A DNA stretch of 64,000 nucleotides, taken from assembly GCA_942492505.1 (NCBI GenBank), contig CALOFD010000029.1, forward strand, positions 3,967-67,966. The letters are read 5' to 3'. The position numbers were made by a program, and so were the translations under genes. This DNA is from Thermoanaerobaculia bacterium (lineage in GTDB: Bacteria; Acidobacteriota; Thermoanaerobaculia; Multivoradales; Multivoraceae). Shown here piece after piece: positions 46,232-56,153 of this stretch. The number at the start of each line of letters is the position of its first letter. The first letter of the stretch is position 1. The notes below the pieces were generated by a model, which ran no database searches, had not been told where the DNA came from, and was given only the letters and a program-made list of their open reading frames with translations.

Positions 46232-46963
46232 CTACGTTTCGAGATCGACGGCTCGCGACAGGTTGAGCAGCAGATGCCGCAGTTCGTCGTCGACGTTGGC
46301 CGGTTCGGAGATCGTTTGTTTGACTTCCGAGCGCAGGTTCGAGCCCAGTCGCTGACGCAGGCGATGGACGCGTACGCGCAGGTTCTGTTCGGAGATTCCC
46401 AACTCGAGGGCGATCTCTCGGTAGGAGGGCTGTTCGCTGCCCTCGATCACGTAGCCGCGCAGCAGTTCGAGCTGCCTTCCCCGCCCCGCCGCCTGCTCTC
46501 GTCGCTCGAGCTTCTTGACGGCGCGGTCGAGGACGAGGTTGGCCCAGCGCTGCTCGTAGATCTCGTCGGGGGTTGCCGACGAGCTGGTGGCGCTTCGGGA
46601 AGCCCGCTCCTCGCCGTCGACGTCCAGGGAGATCAGGCGATCGGAGGGGGCCCGTCGGAGCGCGTTGGCGTACTCGACTTCGTTGTGGATGAAGTTCTTG
46701 AGCGCCGTCAGCAGGAAGGAGCGAAAGCGTCCGCGCGCCGCATCGATGGTCTTGAGGGTGTCGTTCTGGAGGAGATGCACGAAGAAGCCCTGCAACAAGT
46801 CGCCGCTGGCGTCCTGGGGATGGCCGCGCCGCCGAAGGTAGCCGTAGAGCGGTGGCCAGTAGATGTCGTAGAGGCGAGCGATCGCCAGGCGCACGAGATC
46901 CTCATCGCCTTCCTGCATCGAATGCAGGATGTTCCACTGGGTGGTGGGAAAGTCCGATGACAC
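46232..46963 (-). CDS. ECF sigma-70 family RNA polymerase sigma factor
   Basis: FPTT.W.I, YWPPLY.Y.RRRG, DL.QGFF, GRFRSFLL, ..EQ.WA and region 4 RV.VHRLRQR. Confidence 0.9.
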   Translation of the reverse strand: MSSDFPTTQWNILHSMQEGDEDLVRLAIARLYDIYWPPLYGYLRRRGHPQDASGDLLQGFFVHLLQNDTLKTIDAARGRFRSFLLTALKNFIHNEVEYANALRRAPSDRLISLDVDGEERASRSATSSSATPDEIYEQRWANLVLDRAVKKLERREQAAGRGRQLELLRGYVIEGSEQPSYREIALELGISEQNLRVRVHRLRQRLGSNLRSEVKQTISEPANVDDELRHLLLNLSRAVDLET

Positions 46964-47330
46964 GGTAGGCGCATTCTAGGCTGTCGACGGATCCGCGGAC
47001 TGCCTCCCGTGAAAATTGGGGAAAAGTTTGAGATTTCCCTGTAACAGTTGCTGCGGTTTTCTGTAGTACAGGGTGGAGCCGGGAGTCTTCGAGTGATTCT
47101 CGCGCGGTCGCCTGATCGTGGACGAGGTGTGTGTGTGGGCGGTCGTTCGGGGCACGAGATTCTCCCGGCTCCAATGGTCTCGTCGAATATGCCTGCGAGT
47201 CGGCATGCCCTCGCCCGGGGCGGTTCGAGGCCCAGGTGACGTCGGTAGCTGTCGCGCGTGATCGAAGCCGGCTTCGAGCCGGTCAGCGGCCCCGACGGAG
47301 CGCAGGCGCGTGGCGAGGCGGCCGCCGATG

Positions 47331-48611
47331 TCAGTTCGTGGCCGCCGACGGTTCCAGTTCGCTGCCGCGGTGTCGGAGCCAGGCAGCCCAGAGGAAGGCC
47401 GGCAGGAGCAGCAGGACGGCCATGCCCAGGGTCACGGTCGCGATGCCGATGCCGACGTCGAGGACAGCGCCGGTCACCCAGACGCCGATCGCGGAGAAGA
47501 GCGAGAACATGGCGAACTCGGTCGCGAACACTCGTCCTCGCACGCGCTCGGGAAGGGCCTCGAGGAGCAGTTGAGTGGAGAACACCCAGATGGTTCCGCC
47601 TCCGACTCCGCGCAGGAAGATGCCGATCAGGACGACATTGAAACTCGACAGGGTCGCCATCACGAGAAGGCCGGCGATCGAAACGCCGTAGGCGCCGGCC
47701 ATCGCCCAGGAGAGGGCGGAATGCCGATCGCGGGTCCAGCGGCGCGCCAGGACGGGTCCGATCCCGGTTCCTACGCCGGCGACCCCGTACATGAGGCCGA
47801 GACTGATCGAACCACTGTCGCCGATCGTGAACAGGTCTTCGGCGATGGCGACCTGCAGGACCTGGATGCCGGTGAGAATGAGGGCGCTGACTCCCTTGTG
47901 GAGCGTGATCGCGAGAAGGTGGAGATGGTCGCGCAGGTAGCGCAACCCGTCGAGGTACTCGCGGGTGGCCGAGTGGTGGGCTTCTTCGAGCAGTCCCTCG
48001 GCTTCGGCCTTTCGTCGAGGCGTCTCATATCGCACCAGGGAGACGAACACGGCCGACAGCGCGAAGGTGGCTGCGTCGGCGAGGAAGGCGGTCTCGTTGC
48101 CCCACAATCCGGCCACGATGCCGCCCAACGCCGCGCCGCCGGCGAGCATGGAGGACCAGGTCACCGACCCGATCACGTTGGCGGTTGCGAGCTGCTCTTT
48201 CGGCACGATGTCCGGCAGGATCGCCGAGCGCGCCGGGAAGAAGAATCCGGAGAGCCCGAGCTGGATCGCGGTGAGCAGGTAGAGAAGCCATGCCTGCGAG
48301 GGCTCCCGGACGAGCAGGAAGCCGAGAACGGTGATGCCGCGAAGAACGTCGGTCCCGATCAGCAACCATTTGCGGTTGTATCGATCCGCGGCGACTCCGG
48401 CGATCGGGCTGACCAGGAAGGGCGCCAACATGCGGACCGCGAACAGCGTCCCGACGGCCAGCCCCGAGCCGGTCAGGGTGGCCATCAGGGCCGCCGAAGC
48501 GATGAGGTTGAACCAGTCTCCGAGCAGACTGACCAGCTGGCCCAACCAGAGGTAGCGATAGTCGCGGTTGTCGCGAAGCAGCCGCCAGTATTGGTTGTTC
48601 ACCAGCGACAT
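47331..48611 (-). CDS. MFS transporter
   Basis: 12-TM pattern; LW.GQ.VS.LGDW, AG..ADRYNRK and P...RGRVF. Confidence 0.92.
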   Translation of the reverse strand: MSLVNNQYWRLLRDNRDYRYLWLGQLVSLLGDWFNLIASAALMATLTGSGLAVGTLFAVRMLAPFLVSPIAGVAADRYNRKWLLIGTDVLRGITVLGFLLVREPSQAWLLYLLTAIQLGLSGFFFPARSAILPDIVPKEQLATANVIGSVTWSSMLAGGAALGGIVAGLWGNETAFLADAATFALSAVFVSLVRYETPRRKAEAEGLLEEAHHSATREYLDGLRYLRDHLHLLAITLHKGVSALILTGIQVLQVAIAEDLFTIGDSGSISLGLMYGVAGVGTGIGPVLARRWTRDRHSALSWAMAGAYGVSIAGLLVMATLSSFNVVLIGIFLRGVGGGTIWVFSTQLLLEALPERVRGRVFATEFAMFSLFSAIGVWVTGAVLDVGIGIATVTLGMAVLLLLPAFLWAAWLRHRGSELEPSAATN

Positions 48612-48875
48612 CGGAACCTCGGAGAATCAGCGACTCGAGCTATCGAGCCGACGGTGGAAGCCGGGACAGCGATTCGATCCCTGGCGGACGGCCACCAGAT
48701 CGGCGGTGGGCGCGAGGCTACCACCGCGTCTTCGAGTCTGGAGATCCCGCTCTCCGGGGACGGCGGTCTCCGTGAGAGGATTCGGAGATTCAGGGCAGGA
48801 TCCATTGAGCGACTCGCCGAAACCAGCTTCACAGACCCCGCGCGAAACCGCCGACGACGCTGGGGGCGACGCCGG

Positions 48876-49745
48876 GTGAGCCTCTTCGGAGCGGCTTCGA
48901 GTGGCGTCGAGTCGCTACGCCGGGCCTTCGAGGCCGGCAAGGTCGTGCAGGCGCCGGGGTGCTGGGACGCCCTGTCGGCGAGGGTCCTCGAACGGGCGGG
49001 ATTCGCCGCCGCCTTCCTTTCCGGGTTCGCGGTCTCGGGCTCCCGCCTCGGCCTGCCGGACGCCGGCTTGATGTCGTATGCGGAGATCCTCGATCAGGGT
49101 CGCGACGTCTGCGACGCGATCTCGATTCCGCTGTTCGGCGACGCAGACACCGGCTACGGCAACGAGATCAACGTCGAACGGACCGTCCGCGGGTACGCCC
49201 GGGCGGGATTCGCCGGTCTGATGATCGAGGATCAGCTCTGGCCGAAGAGGTGCGGTCATACACCGGGGAAACAGACTGTCGACCGGCAGGAGGCCGTGGC
49301 GCGGATCCGCTCCGCGGTCAGGGCTCGTGCCGACGCCGGTCTCGACATTCTCCTGATCGCCCGAACGGACGCCGCCGGGACAGTGGGTTTCGACGAGGCC
49401 CTTCGCCGGGCTGAGGCCTTCGCCGAAGCCGGAGCCGAGATCACCTTCCTCGAGGCGCCGCGAACGGTGGAGGAGATGCGTCGCTATTGCGAGGCGGTGC
49501 CGGGTTGGAAGATGGCCAACCTGGTGGAAGACGGGATCACTCTCTGGACCTCTCCCGAAGAGCTCGGCGAAATAGGTTATTCGCTCGTGGCCTATCCACT
49601 CAGTCTTCAGCTCGCCGGGCTTGCAGCCATGTCCGAGAGCGCGAAGAGTCTTCTCGAGGGCCGTGCACCGGAGCGGCGGAGTCGTTTCGACGAACTCCTC
49701 GAGGTCGTCGGTTTTCCCGCCTATCGCGATCGTCTCGATTCCTGA
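48876..49745 (+). CDS. Isocitrate lyase/PEP mutase family enzyme
   Basis: Start GTG 48876; PG.WDALSA, G.PD.GL, DADTGYG, IEDQ..PKRCGH and ARTDA. Confidence 0.92.
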   Translation: MSLFGAASSGVESLRRAFEAGKVVQAPGCWDALSARVLERAGFAAAFLSGFAVSGSRLGLPDAGLMSYAEILDQGRDVCDAISIPLFGDADTGYGNEINVERTVRGYARAGFAGLMIEDQLWPKRCGHTPGKQTVDRQEAVARIRSAVRARADAGLDILLIARTDAAGTVGFDEALRRAEAFAEAGAEITFLEAPRTVEEMRRYCEAVPGWKMANLVEDGITLWTSPEELGEIGYSLVAYPLSLQLAGLAAMSESAKSLLEGRAPERRSRFDELLEVVGFPAYRDRLDS

Positions 49746-49785
49746 GATCGGGTCGGGTCTCGAACCTGCGCTCCCCGGGTCGACT

Positions 49786-51306
49786 TCAGCGTTGAGGTTC
49801 GCCCGTCGGTGCCAGGACTTCGGACGCTCGGTACTCTCCCGGCTCGCCGGGCTCCCAGGAACCGCGGAGCCAGTTCAACGCGGTCAGGGCGAGGAGGCCC
49901 AGATAGATCGCGGCCGCGACTCCGATCCGAACCACCAGGCCGGGTTGCCAGGGGCTCCAGACGAGAAAGGCGACCATCCCGATCAGCGCCGGCGCCAGTC
50001 GGACGAGGCCGAGGTTCAGACCGTCACCGGGAATGAGGTCGCGAGTCGCCCAGGTGGTGAAGAGAGTGAGGATCACCGACACGATGAGCGTCGCCAGGGC
50101 CGCCCCCGTGATTCCCCAGATCGGAATGAGGATCAGGTCCAGGACCAGGTTGGCGACCATGGCCACCAGGTTGATTCGCATCGCCACCCCCTCGCGACCG
50201 TGAGCGAAGAGCACGACCCGCTGAACCGAGCGGTAGCTGGCGATGGGCAGGGTGATCGCGAGGATCCGCATGACGGCAAGTCCGGGCAGGTAGTCGTCGC
50301 CGAAGAGGGTCGAGAGGAAGTCGGCTGACACCAGCGCGCCGCCGACGGCGGCCGGCAACATGAACGTGAGATTGAGGCGTAGAGCCTGTCTGACGGTGTT
50401 GCGGAAGGCCCCCGGATCGTCTCGTTGTCCGGTCAGCACCGGCAGCAGGCCGGAGCCGAAGACCAGCGTCAGACTGGTCAGGAAGCCGAACATCGTGATG
50501 GAAGCCGAATACAGACCGACCGAAACGGATCCGAGGAGAACGCCGAGAATCAAGAGGTCGGTGTTGAACAGCATCAAGCCGGAGAGCTGGACCAGCACGA
50601 TCGATGCGGAGCGCCCACCGTACTCGGTCAGGGTCTTGCGAAGTCGTCCGAGGAGGGGTCGGGCTCCGTGCATCGGAAGCGCTGCGTGGAGGAAGACGGC
50701 GGAAGTCGCCGCCGCCGCCACCCAGGCGCCGGCCGCCATCGAGAGATCGCCGGGGGAGTGGACCCCGAGCACCACGATCGCCAGCAGGACCAGTTGCCCG
50801 AGGACCCGGCCGAAGGAGGCCACCGCGGTTCGCTCGAGGCCCAGGAAGGCCCAGTGGGGGTCGAAGGCGTGGAAGATCAGGGCGAGGCTCAGAATGGTGA
50901 GGATGCCGGCGTCCAGCGGGTCGAGAACCGCGCGGCCGACGACGGCGATCACCGCCACGACGATGAGACTCACTGCCAGCCGGAAGGCGCCGTAGGCACC
51001 GATGATGCCGCCGGCCTGGTCGCGATTCTCCACCACGGCTCGCACTCCGACCGCGTCGGCGCCGAGAGCCACGACGCGTTCGAGGTAGGTCAGCCAGACC
51101 AGGCCGAAGGCGAGGTGGCCGTAGCTGGCGACTCCCAGCCTTCGTGCCAGCAGAATGATGGCGATGAACTGGATCGAGCGCGACAGCGCGAGGCCGGTTC
51201 CCAGCCCACCGAAGTTCCGCAGCGCCCGCTGGATCGGACTGCGAGCTTCGCGCTTCGGCCGGGCGAGGTCCGGCGTCGAGGGATCTGGATGGGTCGGGTG
51301 GGTCAC
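49786..51306 (-). CDS. Oligosaccharide flippase (Wzx/MOP superfamily)
   Basis: ARRLG...YG, NTDLLILG.L.G...VGLYSA and IP.WGI.GAA.AT; start uncertain (GTG 51306). Confidence 0.85.
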   Translation of the reverse strand: MTHPTHPDPSTPDLARPKREARSPIQRALRNFGGLGTGLALSRSIQFIAIILLARRLGVASYGHLAFGLVWLTYLERVVALGADAVGVRAVVENRDQAGGIIGAYGAFRLAVSLIVVAVIAVVGRAVLDPLDAGILTILSLALIFHAFDPHWAFLGLERTAVASFGRVLGQLVLLAIVVLGVHSPGDLSMAAGAWVAAAATSAVFLHAALPMHGARPLLGRLRKTLTEYGGRSASIVLVQLSGLMLFNTDLLILGVLLGSVSVGLYSASITMFGFLTSLTLVFGSGLLPVLTGQRDDPGAFRNTVRQALRLNLTFMLPAAVGGALVSADFLSTLFGDDYLPGLAVMRILAITLPIASYRSVQRVVLFAHGREGVAMRINLVAMVANLVLDLILIPIWGITGAALATLIVSVILTLFTTWATRDLIPGDGLNLGLVRLAPALIGMVAFLVWSPWQPGLVVRIGVAAAIYLGLLALTALNWLRGSWEPGEPGEYRASEVLAPTGEPQR

Positions 51307-51332
51307 GGCGCTGGGACTCCGGGCTGGAGAGA

Positions 51333-52049
51333 CTACTTGCTCCGGCCGCCGTGTCGGCCCCGGGCGCGGTTCGGCGATCGCCGAGCCTTGCAGCGACGCG
51401 CGAAGAAGAGGGTGTGCTTGGCTCCCCTTCCGGCGTGCGCGTGCACGCTCTCCAACCACACTTCCATGCCCGCCTTCTCGAGGCGTTTGACGAACGCCGG
51501 GTCGCGATCGGTCGACCACACTCCGAGCACGCCTCCGATCACCAGCGAGTCGCGCAGTCGCTCGATGCCTTCGCGGCTGTACAAGCGTCGATTCCGTTCC
51601 ACGCACGGAGCCTCGGGGCCGTTGTCGACGTCGAGCAGAATGGCGTGCCAGGCTTCGCTGCCGGTCACCAGTTCGGCGACGTCCTTCTCGACGATCTCGC
51701 AACGCGGGTCCTCGATGGCCCTGCCGAAGTCACCGAGGAACTCACGATGCCACTCGACGACTGTCGGGAAGAGTTCAGCCACCACCACTTCGGCGCGGCG
51801 CCCGACGGTCTCGAGTGCCGCCCGCAGCGTGAAGCCGAGGCCGAGTCCTCCGATCAGGACGCGCTGGGGAGTGGGTTGGCCGGGCAGGTCACCGCAGACC
51901 CGATGAGCCAGGGCGCGTTCCGAGTCGTGGGCGCGAGTCGACATGAGCTCGAAACCGTCCAGGGAGACGTAGAAGTCTCCATCGCGCTCGTGCAGGGAGA
52001 GCTTGTGTCCGTCCGGAGTCAGGACGGTCGAGAGATGTTCGAGTGGCAT
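51333..52049 (-). CDS. Spermidine synthase-like SAM-dependent methyltransferase
   Basis: LMSTR...SE..LA, LIGGLGLGFTL and ILLDVDNGP; start ATG 52049. Confidence 0.85.
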   Translation of the reverse strand: MPLEHLSTVLTPDGHKLSLHERDGDFYVSLDGFELMSTRAHDSERALAHRVCGDLPGQPTPQRVLIGGLGLGFTLRAALETVGRRAEVVVAELFPTVVEWHREFLGDFGRAIEDPRCEIVEKDVAELVTGSEAWHAILLDVDNGPEAPCVERNRRLYSREGIERLRDSLVIGGVLGVWSTDRDPAFVKRLEKAGMEVWLESVHAHAGRGAKHTLFFARRCKARRSPNRARGRHGGRSK

Positions 52050-52099
52050 GGTGGTGTGGGCAGCGCCAGCGGCGCAGCCGTTGCGATGTGGCTGGTGAT

Positions 52100-52903
52100 C
52101 TAGCGCCCCTTGAACTGGGGAGCCCGCTTCTCCATGAATGCGGAGACCCCTTCCCGGTGATCTTCGGTCTGGCCGCATCGCAGGTGGGTCATCGCTTCAC
52201 GGTCGAGGAGGGTGTGGAAGTCCTGCGTGACGGCGTAGCGGACGTTCTCCTTCATGTAGCGGAAGGAGACCAGGGGTCCGTTGGCGATCTGTTTCGCGAT
52301 CGCGGTGGCTTCCTCGAGGAAGCCCTCGGCGGGCAGGATCCTGTTGACGAGGCCGAGCCGCTCGGCCTCCTCGGCGTCGATCACCTCGGAGAGGAAGAAG
52401 AGTTCCTTGGCCTTGGCCTGGCCGACCAGTTGGGTGAGTTGCCAGGTGGTGCCGTAGTCGCCGCCGAAGCCGACTCGTGCGAAGGCGGTCGTGAACTTCG
52501 CCTTCTCGGAGGCCAGGCGCAGGTCGCAACTCATCGCGATGCCCAGGCCGGCGCCGGCCGCGGCGCCGTTGACCGCCGCGATCGTGATCTTGGGTCCCAT
52601 GTACAGCAACCGCGACATTTCCTGCCCCTGACGTTGGCGATCGATGCGATCTTCGAAGGTCAGCTCCGCCGCAGCGTCACCCGACATCGAAGACACATCG
52701 CCACCGGCGCAGAAGCCGCGCCCGGAGCCGGTGACCAGGATGCATCCGATCCCGGGATCGGTGGCACTGTCACGCAGGACTTCGTTGACCGTCTCGATCA
52801 TCGGACCCGACAGTGCATTGAGCTTGTCGGGACGATTGAGCGTGATCGTGAGGACTTTGTCCTCGAGGCTGAGGAGGACGTCTTCGGTCTGCGAGTCGAT
52901 CAT
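52100..52903 (-). CDS. Enoyl-CoA hydratase/isomerase
   Basis: LNRP..LNA, GRGFCAGGD, NGAAAGAG..A..CD and EG..AF.EKR.P.F.G; start ATG 52903. Confidence 0.92.
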   Translation of the reverse strand: MIDSQTEDVLLSLEDKVLTITLNRPDKLNALSGPMIETVNEVLRDSATDPGIGCILVTGSGRGFCAGGDVSSMSGDAAAELTFEDRIDRQRQGQEMSRLLYMGPKITIAAVNGAAAGAGLGIAMSCDLRLASEKAKFTTAFARVGFGGDYGTTWQLTQLVGQAKAKELFFLSEVIDAEEAERLGLVNRILPAEGFLEEATAIAKQIANGPLVSFRYMKENVRYAVTQDFHTLLDREAMTHLRCGQTEDHREGVSAFMEKRAPQFKGR

Positions 52904-53185
52904 GGCGGAGGCTCCTTGGTGGCGTGTCTTTCGACGGCGGAAGGGAATTGTATTCGCTCGAACTTGTTGCTCCAGGTGGGCCTCGTTGGCGAGGTTCGAG
53001 GGGTGTTCGTGGTGGAGTCGCAGTGGGAACAACGCGGCGCCGAATGCGTCTACCCGAGTGTAGCCCCGTCCTTGCGTCGAGTGCAGTACAATCGGTGCGC
53101 TCCTGGGGAGGGACTGACGACGGGCTCGAGCCTCCGCTGCGATCCCCTTCTTCGACCTCGATGAACTAGAGAACTCTCAGAACCT

Positions 53186-54271
53186 ATGAGTCCATCCAGC
53201 GCTTTCAATGCCGCCGTCCAGGCTTCGTCCGACGCCGTTCAACGTGTCCAGAGCGATGCTCGTCAGGCCATTCTCGATATCAAGAAGTACGCCCGACCGA
53301 GCGTCGGGCGGGCCATCTTCCAGCTCCTGAACACGGGACTGCCCTTCATCGGGATGTGGGTGCTGATGTATTTCAGCCTGCGCTGGTCCTACTGGATCAC
53401 CCTCGCTCTCGCCGTTCCGACCTCGTTTCTGATGGTGCGGATGTTCATCTTCCAGCACGACTGCGGGCACGGCTCCTTCTTCCGCTCGAAGAAGGCCAAC
53501 AGCGTGACCGGCTCGCTGATCGGCGTGCTGACCCTGATGCCCTACGACTACTGGCGCAAGACCCACTCGATGCACCACGCCACTTCCGGAGACCTGTCGC
53601 GGCGCGGCCATGGCGACGTCGAGACCCTGACGGTGCGTGAGTACGAAGACATGACCAGGAGTCAGCGCTTCTGGTACCGGGTGTTCCGTTCCCCCCCGGC
53701 GCTCCTGGTCGTCGGTCCGATCTACCAGTTCATCCTCAAGCACCGCCTGCCCTGGGATCTGCCGCTGTCCTGGAAGCGGGAATGGATGAGCGTGCACTTC
53801 ACCAATCTCGCCCTGCTCGTCATCCTCGTTCTGAGCTGGCTGACGGTCGGTCTCGGATCCTTCCTCGCCGTTCAGCTGCCGCTGGCGCTGATCTCCGGCT
53901 CGATGGGGATCTACCTCTTCTATGTCCAGCATCAGTTCGAGGACGTCTACTGGGGTGATGAAGAAGAGTGGAGTTTCTATCGCGCCGCCATGGAGGGCAG
54001 TTCGTGGTTCGATCTGCCGGCGGTGCTGCACTGGTGCACCGGCAACATCGGCTTCCACCACATCCACCATCTGTCGAGTCGCATTCCCAACTACCGCCTT
54101 CGTCGCTGCATGATCGAGAACCCGCACCTGCGCGAGAACGCCCGACGCCTGACCATGTGGCAGAGCGTCAAGTGCCTGCGGTTGAAGCTGTGGGACGAGT
54201 CGGAACGGCGACTGGTGAGCTTCCGGGAACTGCGTCGGCGCCGGTCTCTCAGCGCGGTCGCCGGCCGCTAG
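53186..54271 (+). CDS. Membrane fatty acid desaturase (Des-like)
   Basis: His boxes HDCGH, HSMHH and HHIHH; FYVQHQFE. Confidence 0.92.
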   Translation: MSPSSAFNAAVQASSDAVQRVQSDARQAILDIKKYARPSVGRAIFQLLNTGLPFIGMWVLMYFSLRWSYWITLALAVPTSFLMVRMFIFQHDCGHGSFFRSKKANSVTGSLIGVLTLMPYDYWRKTHSMHHATSGDLSRRGHGDVETLTVREYEDMTRSQRFWYRVFRSPPALLVVGPIYQFILKHRLPWDLPLSWKREWMSVHFTNLALLVILVLSWLTVGLGSFLAVQLPLALISGSMGIYLFYVQHQFEDVYWGDEEEWSFYRAAMEGSSWFDLPAVLHWCTGNIGFHHIHHLSSRIPNYRLRRCMIENPHLRENARRLTMWQSVKCLRLKLWDESERRLVSFRELRRRRSLSAVAGR

Positions 54272-54450
54272 GTCGGGTTCGGTCGTCGGGTCGACGGAGA
54301 CCTCGGTCTGCCGGGGGGAGTGCCCGCGACCTCGCGTTTCCGTCCAGGCTCTGCGCCGGCTTGGGATGGATTCCGATAGATCCTCAGTTTCATCGACGGC
54401 GTACAATCAATGCCGGGAGGGGAGAACGCCGGCTCTCAGGGAGTTCATCG

Positions 54451-55062
54451 ATGGCCAGGCCCGCCTATTCTGAAGAGAAGCGCGAGGAGATCCAGCGCGA
54501 GATCCTCGCCGCCGCCCACCAGCTCTTCGTCGAGGAGGGGTTCGACGGCGTCTCGATCCGACGGATCGCTCGTCGGATCGGGTGTTCGCCGATGCGGATC
54601 TACCACTACTTCCGCAACAAGTACGAATTGCTGCGTTTCATCTGGTCGACCATCTTCGACGACCTCTTCGCCCATCTCGAGTCGCGCCTCGAAGGTGTGG
54701 TCGGCTCCGAAACTCGTCTGCGTGTTTTCGCCGAGGCCTTCGTCGAGCACTGGCTGGTCCATCCCGAGGAGTACAAGGTCGTGTATCTGGTGCAGGACGA
54801 GAAGGCCAGCCCCGACGACGAGTACTTCGTCTACAGCCGTGACACGGTGGACCGTTTCGGAGAAGTCCTGGGCGGCATCCTGCAGGAGGGCGTCGAAGAC
54901 GGCTCCTTCCCCGGCGTCACCCGGGCGACGGGGAGTTCTCTCATCGCAGCGCTCACCGGGATCTGTCACATGATCGTCACGGTGCCTCAGTTCGACTGGC
55001 CCGAGGGGATGCTCGATGGATTCCTGTCGCCGTTCATCCGCGGCCTGAAGACGGCAGACTGA
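54451..55062 (+). CDS. TetR/AcrR family transcriptional regulator
   Basis: Start ATG 54451; IL.AA..LF...GF...SIR.IA..IG.S...IY.YF.NK. Confidence 0.92.
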   Translation: MARPAYSEEKREEIQREILAAAHQLFVEEGFDGVSIRRIARRIGCSPMRIYHYFRNKYELLRFIWSTIFDDLFAHLESRLEGVVGSETRLRVFAEAFVEHWLVHPEEYKVVYLVQDEKASPDDEYFVYSRDTVDRFGEVLGGILQEGVEDGSFPGVTRATGSSLIAALTGICHMIVTVPQFDWPEGMLDGFLSPFIRGLKTAD

Positions 55063-55111
55063 TCGCTCGTCGGCGCGGACCGCTCCCTCGTGGTTGGCGG
55101 GAGCAGGCGCT

Positions 55112-56050
55112 CTACGCTTCTACGAAATCGACCCAGTGGGCGAAGCGCTCGTCGGCGCCGGTCTCGGCGGCGTGCAGGACTTCGCCCAGGCGGGCGGTGA
55201 TCGGGCCGACCGTGCCGTCGCCGATCGGCAGGCCGTCGACGCTGACCACGGGGATCACGCCGGCGGTCGTCGCGCTCAGGAAGGACTCGGAGGCGCGTTC
55301 GAGATCGTCTGGGTAGAGCGTGCCCTCGACCGCCTCCATGCCCTCGCTTCTCGCGATCTCGAGAATCGAATTCCGAGTCACGCCGTGCAGCACCCGGTGG
55401 GCGGCCGGCGTGCGGACGACGCCCGCGGCGTCCACCAGGAAGAGATTGGTGGTCGGCGTCTCCGCCAGCGCTCCGTCCTCGTCGAGCAGCAGGATCTCGT
55501 CGAAGCCGTCCCGCCGGGCGCGCCACTTGGCGGCCATCAGCGGGGCGTAGCCGCCGGACACCTTCGCCTGCGGCGCCAGGATGTCGTCGCGCTTGTTGCG
55601 AGTGGTGCGCTCGATGCGCAGTCGGATCGTCGGACGCGAAACGTATTCGCCGCGATTCGGGACGATGATGTCGTCGTGGATGTCGTAGGCGGCGATCGCC
55701 ACTGCGACGTGGTCGTCCAGGGGAACCAGTTCGACCTCGATCGAAGGCAGGTAGGCGGAGATCTTGAGGGCCCCGCTGGGGGGATTGACGCGGACGGTTT
55801 CCAGTGCGGCGCGTCGCAGTTCCTCGTCGCCCTGCAGGAGCGGCAGCCCGAGGATCTCGCACGAGTGCCGAAAACGTGCGAGGTGGTCGCCGAGTCGGAA
55901 GACGGCGGCGCCGCGTTCGGTCTGGTGGACCGACATGTAGTCGAACACCAGGGCGCCGCGCTGGGCGGCGTGTGACAGCACGTGCAGCGTCGCGTCCGCC
56001 CACGGAATGAAGTCGCCGTCGAGCCAGATCTTGCGGTGTTCGGGAGCCAC
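55112..56050 (-). CDS. Class IV aminotransferase (branched-chain/D-amino acid type)
   Basis: Start GTG 56050; IWLDG.F, VFRL..HL.RF, AK.SG.Y, E....N.F.V, L.G.TR and FL..T.AG..PV. Confidence 0.9.
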   Translation of the reverse strand: MAPEHRKIWLDGDFIPWADATLHVLSHAAQRGALVFDYMSVHQTERGAAVFRLGDHLARFRHSCEILGLPLLQGDEELRRAALETVRVNPPSGALKISAYLPSIEVELVPLDDHVAVAIAAYDIHDDIIVPNRGEYVSRPTIRLRIERTTRNKRDDILAPQAKVSGGYAPLMAAKWRARRDGFDEILLLDEDGALAETPTTNLFLVDAAGVVRTPAAHRVLHGVTRNSILEIARSEGMEAVEGTLYPDDLERASESFLSATTAGVIPVVSVDGLPIGDGTVGPITARLGEVLHAAETGADERFAHWVDFVEA

Positions 56051-56153
56051 TTGGTTTCTCTCTCGACTCGGATGATAGATGACGGCAGGGCAGGACCGGT
56101 ACCCGATCGTGCGCGGCTTTGGCGAGCGCGATCGACGGGAGTCGGATTCGGTC

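Noticed and set aside
46976-47330. Small ORFs in the ECF-MFS intergenic region
   Set aside because: They have no RBS or motif, and the composition is atypical and promoter-like.
47310-48875. N-terminal two-thirds of the 811-aa plus-strand ORF
   Set aside because: It is antisense to the MFS gene; only 48876-49745 encodes a recognisable ICL/PEP mutase.
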